Shown here one piece after another: positions 51,156 to 61,528 of a stretch of 64,000 bases of DNA (within the stretch, counting starts at the first letter, position 1; every line of letters begins with the position of its first letter). The notes under the pieces are model-generated. The model saw nothing but the letters and a program-made list of their open reading frames with translations. It made no database searches and had not been told where the DNA came from. The position numbers were made by a program, and so were the translations under genes. This DNA comes from an uncultured delta proteobacterium (GTDB lineage Bacteria; Myxococcota_A; Polyangia; Fen-1088). The stretch lies in NCBI GenBank assembly GCA_963767925.1, contig CAVYGB010000010.1, forward strand, positions 64,001 through 128,000. Direction: 5' to 3'.

Positions 51156-51213
51156 GTTGGTCCAGACGTTGGTCCAGACGTTGGTCCAGACGTTGGTCCA
51201 GACGTTGGTCCAG
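51156..51213. repeat. 12-bp tandem repeat (GTTGGTCCAGAC)x4 plus a 10-bp partial copy
   Basis: Read directly; reads (WTNV)n in frame with the FadL ORF. Confidence 0.95.
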
Positions 51214-51241
51214 CCGACGGTTCGGGTCAGGCCGGGCTCTA

Positions 51242-51273
51242 ATTGACTTCTGGTCAATAGCGACGACTATACT
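51242..51273 (+). promoter_or_regulatory. Inverted repeat ATTGAC-N5-GTCAAT overlapping TTGACT...TATACT promoter-like elements
   Basis: IR at 51242-51258; TTGACT 51243-51248; TATACT 51268-51273 (19-nt spacing). Confidence 0.5.
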
Positions 51274-51414
51274 CTCTTCCGCGCGCCTGCCAAGCCACCG
51301 GCGCGGGTCCGGGGGGGCCTGCCAGGACGCAGCGCGGAGGCCACCGCCCCCCCGACAGCGCGGAAATCCGCCCGCGAAGCGGGTAATCTCAGGAGCAGGC
51401 AAAGGAGGGTCGCC

Positions 51415-51723
51415 ATGGCGTTGATGAGCACGCGGGGCTGGGACGACTGGATCGCCGAATACGGCAAGAGCCACCTGCACCCGGCCAACCGGCTCTGCCA
51501 CACCGTCGGGATCCCGCTGATCGCGCTGTCGCTGATCGTGCTGCTGGCCGCCCTGCTCTTCCCGCCGCTGTGGATGGTGGCGCTGGCGCTGTTCGTGGTG
51601 GGCTGGCTCTTCCAGTTCGTCGGCCACGCCTACGAGGGCAAGCCACCCGAGTTCCTCAAGGACTGGCGCTTCCTCTTTGTCGGCCTGCGATGGTGGTGGA
51701 AGAAGATCAGAGGGCTGGCCTGA
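51415..51723 (+). CDS. Mpo1-like/DUF962 membrane protein
   Basis: GGAGG RBS; Y..SH.HP.N..CH..GIP, GW.FQFVGH.YEG.PP.F. Confidence 0.88.
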   Translation: MALMSTRGWDDWIAEYGKSHLHPANRLCHTVGIPLIALSLIVLLAALLFPPLWMVALALFVVGWLFQFVGHAYEGKPPEFLKDWRFLFVGLRWWWKKIRGLA

Positions 51724-51747
51724 TCCGCCGCTCCTTGTCGATCCCGA

Positions 51748-52256
51748 CGGGCCTGCATCACCGACCTCGCCGCGGTCGCCACCCGGGCGGTGACCACCGT
51801 CGAGGGGCTGGCCCGGGGCAAGACCTTGCACCCGCTGCTGACCGCCTTCATCGAGAGCGGGGTCATGCAATGTGGCTACTGCACCCCCGGCATGCTCGTG
51901 TCGGCGCTGGGGCTGCTGCAGCGCGACCCCGATCCCGGCGAGCCCGAGACCCGCGGCGCCCTGCAGGGAAACATCTGCCGCTGCGGCACCTACCCGCGCA
52001 ACGTCCAGGCCGTGAAGAGCGCGGTCACGGCCCTGCGCAAGTCCACGGGCAAGCCGATCGGGAAGTACCGCGTCCCCCGCATGAACGACGCGCCGAAGCT
52101 GGAGACGGTCTGGTCGACGGCCGCGACCTCCCCTCGGCGGGCGCGGGCGAGACCCCCATCGTGGCCATCGCCCCCGCCATCGCCAACGCCCTCCTCGCCG
52201 CCACCGGCCGCCGCTCCCGGTCCCTCCCGCTTCGCGGAACCCCCACCCAGGGGTGA
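51748..52256 (+). pseudogene. Fused remnants of a (2Fe-2S) subunit and molybdopterin-subunit C-terminus of an IorAB/CoxSL-type oxidoreductase
   Basis: RACIT..TTVEGL..QCGYCTPG..GNICRCGTY joined to YRVPRM.DAP, then frameshift to PSAGAGETP...APAIANA..ATG.R..SLP; no N-terminus. Confidence 0.8.
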
Positions 52257-52278
52257 GGGCCCGGCCCGGCAGGGACTG

Positions 52279-53596
52279 CTACAGGCCGGCCAGGCGGCGG
52301 TCGGCGTCGCCGAAGCGGTCGAGCTTGACGCCCATGCGGTCCATGAGCGACAGGTACAGGCTGCACAGCTTGCGGTTGTCGTCGCCGGCGGGCAGGTAGT
52401 CGAGCACGCGGCCGGTCTCGAGCGTGCCGCCCAGGCCGCCGGCGGTGACCACCGGCAGCTTCATGTTGTCGTGCTTCCAGCCGGACCACATGTTCGACAG
52501 GAACATCAGGCAGGAGTTGTCGAGCACGGTGCCCTCCCCTTCCGGCATCGCCTCCAGCCGGGCGGCCAGGTAGGCGAACTGGCCGAGGTGGAAGCGCGAG
52601 ATGCGCTCGTAGCCGTCGGACAGGTCGTCGTGCGAGGCGCCGTGGTGGCCCTCGCGCACGTCGAGGAACGGGTAGTAGAGCGCCGAGAGGTCGCGGCACA
52701 GCAGCAGGGTGGCGATGCGGGTCTTGTCGGTCTGGAAGGCGAGCGCGATGATGTCGCACATCAGCCGCGCGTGCTCGCGCAGATCTTCGGGCAGGCCGTT
52801 GTCGCGGGCGCTTCATGGTGAGCAGCGGGCGGTCCTCGCTGGCGCTGTCCTCGGCCTTGCCCTTGCTCGGTGCGCATGCCGCTCGACGCGCTTCTCGACC
52901 TCGCGCACGCTGGTCAGGTACTCGTCGAGCTTGCCCTTGTCGCTGGCGCTGACCTGGCGGCTGAGGCTGCTGGCCCGGTCCATCACCCGGTCGAGGACGC
53001 TCTGGTTGCGCAGGCTGCCGCGGTTCTCGAACAGGCTGTCGAAGGCCAGCGACGGGTAGACCTCGATCGGCACCGGCGAGTCGGCGCTCTGCCAGGAGAT
53101 GTGCGAGCTGTAGGCCATCGAGAAGTTCGTCTCGTGGTAGCCGGTCATCGGCTGCTCGCAGGCCAGCACCATGCTCGGCTGGGCGGTCTCCTGGCCGACC
53201 TGCTTGGCCAGCACCTGGTCGACGCTGATGCCGGCCTTGATCACCGCGCCCCGCTGCAGCGACGCGCCCGACAGCATGTTGCCGGTCTGGCCGGGGTGGA
53301 TGCCCTCGCCCACCGCCGGCTTGTTGAACAGGCCGTTGATGACGTTGATCTTCTTCTTCACCGGCTCGAGCGGCTGCAGGGTCTTGCCGAGCTTCATCTG
53401 CGGCGCCCTGCCCCTTGGCCCACCAGTGGTTGCCGTTGATGCCGTTGCCCATGAACAGCACCGCGAACCGCTTGGGGAAGGCGCCCGCGGCCCCCGGCAC
53501 CGCCGCCGGACCGGCCAGCGCGGGCATCGACTCCAGCCAGGGCAGCGCCATGGTGACACCGGCGCCACGCAACACCGCTCGTCGGGAGATCTTCAT
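52279..53596 (-). CDS. DUF1552 protein, paralog 2 (about 3 frameshifts)
   Basis: MKISRRAVLRGAG, YSSHISW, EGEGTVLDN spread over three ORF-track frames. Confidence 0.8.
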
Positions 53597-56500
53597 CGGA
53601 GGGGCTCCTTTGCCATCGCTGCTCGCCTCACGGCCTCGTTTGTTCAGGAACTGCGGGCTGGTCACGACGCTCTCCACGAGGCTGCCGAAGCGGTGGCCGT
53701 CGCGGCCAGCCGGGCCCGCATCTGCCCGATGGTGGCGTCGTCGGACAGCATCACGCTCCGCCCCAGCCCGTAGGCCAGCAGCTTGCGCGCAGAGGTTGTC
53801 GAGGAAGTCGTCCTGCCGGCGGGCGCGCAGGTAGGTCCGCAGCCCGGCCAGCCCCTCACCCTCGCCGCCGCCGGGAAGGCTGGCCTTCGCGTCGACCGGC
53901 CGGCCGGCGAGGTCCTGGCGTCCGCTTCTCGCCGACGGGGCCGTAGCCCTCGAAGACCAGGCCGAGCGAATCGAAGCGGGCGTGGCAGGCGGCGCAGGCC
54001 GGGTCCTCGCGGTGCTGGGCCAGCACCTCGCGCAGCGGCAGATCGGCCTTGGCCTCGTCGCGCGGCAGCTCGGGCACCACCGCGGGCGGCGGCGGGATGT
54101 CGCTCGCCGAGGACGTTCTTGACCACCCAGTAGCCGCGCTTGACCGGGCTGGTGCGCAGCCCGGGCGCGTTCTTGGTCAGGAACACCGCCATCGGCAGCA
54201 GGCCGCCGCGGCCGTAGGTGCTCGGCGTCGTCGACCCGCACCCAGCGATCCGACCCGCCGGCCGGCTCGGGCATGCCGTAGTGCCTGGCCAGCGCCGGGT
54301 TGACGAAGGTGTGGCGGCCGTAGAGCAGGTCGAGCACCGAGCGGTCGCCCTGGACGACGTCGACGAGGAAGCGGACCGGCTCCTCGAACATCGCCTGGCG
54401 CAGGTCGTTGTCGAAGGTCGGGGAAGCGCTCGCGATCGACGGCGTTGTGCTCCTCGAAGCGGCGGAAGTCGAGCCAGTTGCCGCCGAACTCGGTGGCCAG
54501 CGCCGCGCACCCGGTCGTCCTTCAGCATGCGCCGGGCCTGGCGCACCAGCACCTCCGGCCGGTGCAGGTCGGCCCGCCCGGGCCTCGGCCAGCAGCTCGG
54601 CGTCGGGCATGCTCGACCAGAGGAAGTAGCTCAGCCGGCTGGCCAGCGCGTGGTCCGACAGCGGCTGCACGCCCGGCCCCCGCTCGACCAGGTCGATGCG
54701 GTAGCAGAAGTCCGGCGACATCAGCACGCTGACGACCGCGTCGCGCATGGCCTCCTCGTGATCGAGGCCGGCGGTTTCCCGCTGCGACCGGTAGTAGGCC
54801 AGCAGGTCCTTCTTCTCCGCGTCCGTCCAGGGGGCGGCGGTAGGCCTGGGCGGCGAACCGGGTCAGGGCCTCCAGGTGCTTGGGCTCGGCCTCGTGGCGG
54901 GCCTTCTCCACCCAGCGGACGGTGGCGTTGACGCTGTCGAAGTGCTCGCGCACCGCCTTCATCGCGACCTCGTTGCCGCTCGGCCGGACCCGGGCCAGGT
55001 AGATCTCCTTGACCTTCTTGATCATCGGCTCGGTGGTGACGTCCTTCGCCTCGTCGTCGCTCGGCGGGGTGACGGCCTTGCCCCCCGACGCCGCGCCCGC
55101 GCCGGCCGGCTCGCTGCCCGCGCCGGGGGCCGAGGCGGCGCCGCGCTTGCGGGCCTCGCCGCTCTCGCTGAAGTAGAACTGCACGTAGGTGCGGCTGGTG
55201 CCGAGCGCGACGTAGTCGAGGTCGTGCCAGAGGGCGTCGAGCTCCTTCTTCCCCTTCTCGTCGAGGATCATCTCGTAGAGGGGCTTGTCGTCGCGGAAGT
55301 AGCCCATCAGGTTGTGGAACCCGGCGCTGAGGTAGCGGCCCTTGTCCCGCGAGGTGTCGAGGTAGTTGCGGCCGCGCTCGGCCACGTAGAAGGCGTCGGG
55401 GAAGACCGCGGCGAAGCGGGCGAAGGCGGCCTCGTAGCGGGCCCGATCGGCCGCCGGCACCTTCAGGTCGGGATCGACGCCCCCCTGGCGGGGGCGCTTG
55501 TCGCCGGCGTCCTCGTCATCGTCGTCGTCCGCATTGGCCGGGCGGGCCCGGACCGCCGGGGCGGCGACCGGATCGGCCTTGCCGTCGATCTGCAGGACGT
55601 TGCGGTCGTAGCTGGTGCGCGCGGCCGCGTATTGCCGGTTCTTCCACATCAGGAAGGGCTGGGCGGTGCCGCGCATGCCCGCCACGCTGAGGGGCTCGAA
55701 GCGGGGCTCGATCTTCTCGCGCAGCCCCGTCACGAAGGCGCGCATGCGCTCGCTGCCGGCGCGGGCCAGGACCCCCCGCGCCTCGCCGGTGACCCCGGCC
55801 GCCGGAGGGGGCAGCTCGCGCCACATGGTCTGCAGCTTGGCGATGGGCCCCACCTGCTCGCGGGTCTCGAGGGTGCGCCAGATCAGCGCCAGGTACTTCG
55901 GGCTCACCTTGGTCTCGGCCGCCACCTGGGCCAGGCTGGCTTTCGGCTTGCCGAGGGCGGCCCGGTGCTTGAACCGCCAGGCGGCGTGAAAGTAATCGGC
56001 GAAGTCGGTGGCGTGGCGCTTGTAGAAGTCGACGATCTGGGTGACGCAGTACTTGTCCCGGTCGGTCTCGACGAGCATCGGGTGGGCGGCGAAGGCCAGC
56101 GTGTCGGGCCGGAACACCAGGTGGTTGGCCACCTCGCGCGCGGCCTGCAGGTACTTGCCCAGCAGCGCCGGCGACATCGCCAGCGACTCGCCCGAGTTGT
56201 CGAAGCCGGCCGGGTTGGCCGGGTCCACCGGGAACTCCCGGGTCGGGCGGATGTCGACCCCGGTCAGATCGCGGATCGTGTAGTTGTATTCGGCGTTGCT
56301 CAGCCGGCGGGCCAGGACCAGCCCCGGATCGCCGGCGTTCTTGCGGGCCTCATGGGTCCGCAGCGCCTCGATCCAGTGGATCACCTGCTGCCGCTCGGCC
56401 TCGGGTGGCTGCTCCGACGTCTCGGGCGGCATCTGCTTGGCCACCAGCCGCTCGAGCAACGTCTCCCACTGGTGGCTGTCGCGCACCACGGTCTCGAGGC

Positions 56501-56699
56501 GGGTGTAGCCGCGCAGATCGAGGTCCGCCTTCGGCTTCTCGCCGCCGTGGCAGCTGTTGCAGTGCCGCTCGAGGAAAGGCTGGACGGTGGCGCCGAGGCC
56601 CCGCTCCAGGTCCCGGACGGACGGGGTGGACGCGCCGGCCGCCCAGGCCGGAGGCGCGAGAAGCAGAAGAGGGACAGCGATGATTGCGCGTAGTGTCAT
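53593..56699 (-). CDS. PSCyt1/DUF1587/DUF1592/DUF1588/DUF1585 protein (many frameshifts in the 3' third)
   Basis: Signal peptide; CNSCH; RRLSNAEYNYTIRDL; GFDN; LASRLSYFLWSSMPD; TSPVKRG; CAACH. End approximate. Confidence 0.8.
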
Positions 56700-56775
56700 G
56701 ACGTTCGGCAACCCGACCTTTACAAAGTGCGCCCAGACCCCACCCAGCTCGCAAGATATTGCCAAGCCGACGCCC

Positions 56776-57660
56776 TCAGCTCCCGCTGGCCGCCTTCAGG
56801 AATCCCTGATCGGCCATCCACTCCTGAAAGCGGCTGGGCCAGCCCGTGATGGCGAGCGGCCGCTCGCGCATCCCGAAGCCATGACCACCCTTGGCGAAGA
56901 TGTGAAGCTCCGCGTTGACTCCGGCTTCGCGCAGCTTCTGGAACACCTCGACCGAGGTGGCGGTGGGCCCCTTGTCGTCGGCCGCCACGCAGATGAAGGC
57001 CGGGGGCGCGTCCTTGGGGATGGGCAACCCCTCGCGCTTGGCGCCGCCGTAGAGCAGGGCCTGGAAGGCGGGCCGGGCGCTCTCCCGGTCAACCGGGTCC
57101 TTGGCCTTTGGATCGCCCGCGTCGTACTGGCCGGCGGCGTGGCTGACGATCTGGGCCCCGGCCGAGAACCCGATCAGGCCGATGCGCTGCGGGTCGAGCC
57201 CCCAGCCCTTCGCGCGCGAGCGCACGAGCCGCAGCGCCCGCTGAGCGTCCTTGACCGCGTGCTCCTCGACCTTGTAGGTCGAGCCCTCCTCGCGGGCCAG
57301 CCGGTACTTCAGGACGAACCCGGCCACCCCCTTGCTGGCCAGCCAGCGAGCCACCGCGTGCCCCTCGTTGTCGATCGACAGGTAGCGGTGGCCGCCGCCC
57401 GGCAAGATGATCACGCTGGCCCCGGTCGCCGTCGCCTTGCTCGGCAGGTAGACCGTCACCGAGGGCTTGTGGATGCTGGCCAGCCGCCGGACGCCGTCGC
57501 TGTTCTCGCGCACGACCTCCTTCTCGGGAGCGGTCTTGCCCTCCGAGCCGGGGGCGCCGTTGCGCCACAGGACCACCTCCTCCGGCGCGGCGTCGGCGGC
57601 CCGCGCCGGCAGCGCGAGCAGGAGCGAACCCGAGATCAGAAGCAGGCTGGTCATCTTCAT
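56776..57660 (-). CDS. Secreted alpha/beta hydrolase (BD-FAE/esterase-like)
   Basis: PGGG, LKYRL, GFSAG, DD, GGHGFG. Confidence 0.88.
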   Translation of the reverse strand: MKMTSLLLISGSLLLALPARAADAAPEEVVLWRNGAPGSEGKTAPEKEVVRENSDGVRRLASIHKPSVTVYLPSKATATGASVIILPGGGHRYLSIDNEGHAVARWLASKGVAGFVLKYRLAREEGSTYKVEEHAVKDAQRALRLVRSRAKGWGLDPQRIGLIGFSAGAQIVSHAAGQYDAGDPKAKDPVDRESARPAFQALLYGGAKREGLPIPKDAPPAFICVAADDKGPTATSVEVFQKLREAGVNAELHIFAKGGHGFGMRERPLAITGWPSRFQEWMADQGFLKAASGS

Positions 57661-57725
57661 TGTGCGAGCTCCGGGGGTGACGAAGGGTCGGAAGCGGGCG
57701 GGTTTCAGCGGCGACAGGGCGTCGA

Positions 57726-58847
57726 TCAGCCGCCCTCGGACGGCGGCAAGAACTTCGCGCAGACGGGCAGCGAGGCCTCGGCGAAGACGCCCGAGGGTTT
57801 GAGGCGGCCGTTGCCGGCGTCGATCCGGCAGGCCAGCAGGCTGTCCGAGCCCTGGTTGGCGATCACCAGGTGCTTGGCCGACGGCTCGATGCCGAAGTGG
57901 CGGGGCGCCTTGCCGCCCGTGCCCTGCTCCTCGACGTAGGTGAGCGTCCCCTTGTCGGGGTCGACGTTGAACAGCACGATGCTGTTGTGGCCGCGGTTGG
58001 AGGCGTAGAGGAACTTGCCCGAGGGGTGGATGTCCACCTCGGCGCAGCTATTGGGACCGTCGTAGTGCTCGGGCAGGGTGCGCAGGGTCTGCAGCTCCTT
58101 GAGCACGCCGGCCTTGGCGTCGTAGGCGAACGCCACAACGGTCGAGTCCATCTCGTTGAGCACGTAGGCGAAGCGGCCGTCGGGGCGAAACACCATGTGC
58201 CTGGGGCCGGCGCCGGGCTTGACCGAGACCGAGGCGGGGTTGTGGGCGGTGAGCTTGCCCCTGGCCCCGTCGAAGCGGTAGGCCATCACCTTGTCGAGGC
58301 CCAGGTCGCACACGAAGGCGAAGCGGTTCTCCGGATCGAGGGTCACGCAGTGGGCGTGGGGGCCCTTCTGCCGGTCGGGGTGCACGCTCTTGCCGCTGTG
58401 CTGGACGACGGCGCTGGGCTCGCCCAGGCGCCCGTCGGCGGCCACCGGCAACACGGCCACGCTGCCGCTGCCGTAGTTGGCGACCAGCACGTTCTTGCCG
58501 GCCTTGTCGAGGACGAGGTGGCAGGGCCCGGTGCCCATCGAGGGGCGCTGGTTGAGCAGGTTCAGCTTGCCGGTGGCGGGGTCGATGGCGAACGCGCTCA
58601 CGGCGCCGGTGGGCTTGCCCTGGAAGGACTCGATCTCGTTGACGGCGAAGACCAGGCGGCGTTTCGCGTCGAGCTCGAGGAAAGAGGGGTTGGGCGACTC
58701 GGCGGCGAGGCCCATCGGCACCAGCGTGATGTTCTGGGAGACCTCCAGGCCGGAGGTCTGCAGCCGGAACAGGTAGATGCCCTTGCTCCTGGCCTTCGTG
58801 TACGTCCCGACGTAAACCAGGGTTTCTTTCATCGCGGCGTTCGGCAT
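57726..58847 (-). CDS. Lactonase family protein (6-phosphogluconolactonase-like)
   Basis: YVGTYT, NPSFL, ANYGSG, PHAH, DLGLD, GPRH, SNRGHNSI, PRHF. Confidence 0.92.
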   Translation of the reverse strand: MPNAAMKETLVYVGTYTKARSKGIYLFRLQTSGLEVSQNITLVPMGLAAESPNPSFLELDAKRRLVFAVNEIESFQGKPTGAVSAFAIDPATGKLNLLNQRPSMGTGPCHLVLDKAGKNVLVANYGSGSVAVLPVAADGRLGEPSAVVQHSGKSVHPDRQKGPHAHCVTLDPENRFAFVCDLGLDKVMAYRFDGARGKLTAHNPASVSVKPGAGPRHMVFRPDGRFAYVLNEMDSTVVAFAYDAKAGVLKELQTLRTLPEHYDGPNSCAEVDIHPSGKFLYASNRGHNSIVLFNVDPDKGTLTYVEEQGTGGKAPRHFGIEPSAKHLVIANQGSDSLLACRIDAGNGRLKPSGVFAEASLPVCAKFLPPSEGG

Positions 58848-58946
58848 GACCGGATACTCTAGCGCCGCTACGAACGTTGAGGGAATACCCGCGCAGCAGC
58901 CGGCGGCGGGGCGTCTTTTTACCTGCCACGCCGCGGGCCGCCGGGG

Positions 58947-60968
58947 TCACGGGGGCGCCGGCACCTGGGCCTCGAGCTCGTCCAGGATCGCCCGGGCCTC
59001 CGCATCGTAAGGATCCTCGGTCAAGGATCGGCGCAGCCACCCGATGCCCCCCGGCAGGTCGCCCCGGGCGAGCGAGACCAGCGCCAGCAGGTTGGTCGCC
59101 ACCACCGGGACGCGCCCGTCGTCGAGCAGGCGCCGCCCGATCGCCTCGGCGGCCGCGAGATCGCCGAGCGCCAGGTGGCAGCGGGCGGCCAGCGCCTGGG
59201 CGGCGGTGTCCCCCGCGGTGAGCGGCGACAGGACGTGGAGGGCTTCGGCCGGCTGACCCACCGCGAGCAACAGCCGGGCGAGCTGCCGGCGGGCGGCGTC
59301 GGCGACCTCGCGCTGGCTGCCGTAACGACGCGCCTGCTCGGCCAGCACCCCATCGGTGGTCCTCCGTGCGGCCAGGTCGAGCCCCGGCGGGCCCGCCGGA
59401 TCGTGCCGGAACAACGACTCGGTGCCGTCGGTGTAGACCAGCCGCCAGTCGGGCGACCGATGGAGGTGGGCGAACAGCGGGAGGTAGCGGTCGGGATAGT
59501 CGGTGGGGAGGGCGGCGAAGTCGAACCGGTGGCGAGCGGCAAAGGCCGGCCAGCGCGCGGGGTCCTCCAGCAGGGCGAGGAACTCGGCGTATTCGTCGGC
59601 GGTGCGCAGCACCAGGCGGGTGTCGAGGTACGGCGCCGCCCGGGGGTGGAGCGCCCAGATCAGGTACCCGCCGTAGTGGTCGGCCGAGAAGACACGACCG
59701 CCCCCGGGCGCTCGATCGATCACCCGCGCCGATTCGACCGGGACCCGGAACGGCACCGGCTCGGCGAGCGGCGTCTCTCGAGACAGCGCCACCCCCAGCA
59801 ATCCCGCCACCGCCGCGCATCCGCTGGCCCAGGTGGCCAGCGGCAGGATCCGGGCCGGCCACCCCGGCCGGCGCTGGCGCCAGCGGGCGAGGCCGCTGGC
59901 CAGCGCGGGGGCGACGTTGGCGACGGCGACGGGGATCGCGATCCAGAACAGCAGCAACACGTTGCGGTTGGCGCTGAGGGCGAGCCCGGCGAAGGCCAGG
60001 ACCAGCAGAGCCCGCCCCCACCTTCGCCCGGGCGGGGCCACCCGGAAGCTGGCCGCGACGAGCGCGAGCAGGATCAGCAGCGGCAAGATCTGCCCCGGGT
60101 CCCCGCGCGCCAGCACCAGGGGCGGGACGTTCTCCGCCACCTGGCTGGAGAACACGTTGGCGTCGGCGGGCACCAGCCGCAGCAGCAGCTTCACCGGCAG
60201 CGCCGCCCCCCGCCACCCGTAGGGCGTCACGAACCCCGCCAGCACCGAGGCCGCCAGCACCAGCAGCAGCCGGCGGGCTCCCCCCTCCGGCAACTCCCGC
60301 GCCCCGCGCCAGCGCGCCACCCCCGCGCCGCCCAGCGCGCTCCCGATCATCACCGGCCCCAGCGGCCACAGCCCCTGGCAGTTGGCCCAGACCGCGGTCA
60401 ATCCCGGCAGGATCCAGATCGCCCGCCGGGCCCGCCCGGCGGCGAACCGCTCGAGCAAGGCCCCGAAGGCCGCACAGAAGACGAGCGTCAGGATCACCGG
60501 CCGCGCCAGCAGCAAGTGCCGCACGAACAGCAACCCCAGCGGCAACCCCAGCGCCAGCAACGCCCCCGCGACAATGCGTACCCGCGCTGCCGACCCGTCG
60601 CCTTCGACGGGGTCGGCCGCCCTGCCCGCCGATTGCTCGGCGCATGAGGCCCCATCGCCTGCTCGCCCCGGGTCGTCTGCCGGGGGAAGTCCCGTCTCCA
60701 CCGCGCGCAGCCACAGGAACGCCCCGCCGCCGACCAGGATCGCCTTCGCCAGCACCAGCGCGAGCAGACCGCCGAGCTGGTACACCCCGTAGGCCCCGAG
60801 CTGGAACAGCCAGTGCAGATCGATCCAGGGCCGCCCCCGCGCCCCCAGCGAAAACGGATCCGCCCACAGCAGCGCCCGGCGGGCGACCATCTCCCGGCCG
60901 GCGGCCAGGTGCCACCAGATGTCCGAATCGGCGACCGGCGTCAGCGCCGCCGCCCCCGCGAGCAACAC
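58947..60968 (-). CDS. Polytopic GT-C-like membrane protein with C-terminal TPRs
   Basis: DSDIWWHLAAGR, W.DLHWLFQ, RP, WANCQG, TPYG, GGYLIW, DTR; about 10 or more TM segments; TPR tail. Frame stays open upstream to at least CTG 61067. Confidence 0.72.
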   Translation of the reverse strand: MLLAGAAALTPVADSDIWWHLAAGREMVARRALLWADPFSLGARGRPWIDLHWLFQLGAYGVYQLGGLLALVLAKAILVGGGAFLWLRAVETGLPPADDPGRAGDGASCAEQSAGRAADPVEGDGSAARVRIVAGALLALGLPLGLLFVRHLLLARPVILTLVFCAAFGALLERFAAGRARRAIWILPGLTAVWANCQGLWPLGPVMIGSALGGAGVARWRGARELPEGGARRLLLVLAASVLAGFVTPYGWRGAALPVKLLLRLVPADANVFSSQVAENVPPLVLARGDPGQILPLLILLALVAASFRVAPPGRRWGRALLVLAFAGLALSANRNVLLLFWIAIPVAVANVAPALASGLARWRQRRPGWPARILPLATWASGCAAVAGLLGVALSRETPLAEPVPFRVPVESARVIDRAPGGGRVFSADHYGGYLIWALHPRAAPYLDTRLVLRTADEYAEFLALLEDPARWPAFAARHRFDFAALPTDYPDRYLPLFAHLHRSPDWRLVYTDGTESLFRHDPAGPPGLDLAARRTTDGVLAEQARRYGSQREVADAARRQLARLLLAVGQPAEALHVLSPLTAGDTAAQALAARCHLALGDLAAAEAIGRRLLDDGRVPVVATNLLALVSLARGDLPGGIGWLRRSLTEDPYDAEARAILDELEAQVPAPP

Positions 60969-60986
60969 GAGGACGACGATGGCCCC

Positions 60987-61034
60987 GGGGACGGGGACGG
61001 GGACGGGGACGCGTACCGGGACGGGGACGCGTAC
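60987..61034. repeat. Hexamer tandem array (GGGGAC)4-GCGTAC-CGGGAC-GGGGAC-GCGTAC
   Basis: Read directly; encodes (VP)n in frame with the GT-C gene. Confidence 0.85.
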
Positions 61035-61063
61035 GGGGGGGCCCGTCTCGATCGGAGATTTCC

Positions 61064-61528
61064 TCAGGCCGGGTCGGCTTCCAGCGCGAAGTAGCGGACG
61101 CTCTTCCGATCCGTCGCCGCGAACTCGTCGACCAGCGCGCCGGTCCAGATCTTCTTGAGGTTCGGATCGAGCTTCAGCTTGTGCACGTCGCCCTGGGAGA
61201 AGCTGCGGAGCTTGCCCTTCACGTGCTCCTTCATCTTGTCCTTGATCTTGCTGCGCGCCTGGCGCGGCTTGTAGTGGGCGACGAAGATCGACTGCTTGTC
61301 GAGTGGACCGCCCTGCACCTCGTAGCGCATCACGTACGCGTAATCGTAGAGGTCATCGGGCGGGAACTTGCTCGGGATCTCCGCCAGCTTGGCGGTCACG
61401 GTGACGGCCTCGGCCGGCGGGTCGGCCGCCAGCGCGGTGGCGCCGAACGGGATCAGTGAGGCGAAAAAACCGCCGGCGAGCGCGCCCAGCAGGGCGCGGC
61501 GACCGGTGAACGAGAGGGTGTGCTTCAT
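61064..61528 (-). CDS. Hypothetical secreted protein with Tat-like signal
   Basis: TGRRALL twin-arginine leader, ALA cleavage site; compact 154-aa protein. Confidence 0.75.
   Translation of the reverse strand: MKHTLSFTGRRALLGALAGGFFASLIPFGATALAADPPAEAVTVTAKLAEIPSKFPPDDLYDYAYVMRYEVQGGPLDKQSIFVAHYKPRQARSKIKDKMKEHVKGKLRSFSQGDVHKLKLDPNLKKIWTGALVDEFAATDRKSVRYFALEADPA

Noticed and set aside
51156..51213. Possible CRISPR array
   Set aside because: 12-bp units are contiguous with no spacers, and no cas genes are present.
52025..54748. Natural DUF1592-DUF1552 fusion ORF
   Set aside because: Artefact of multiple frameshifts; the paralog at the window start has separate genes.
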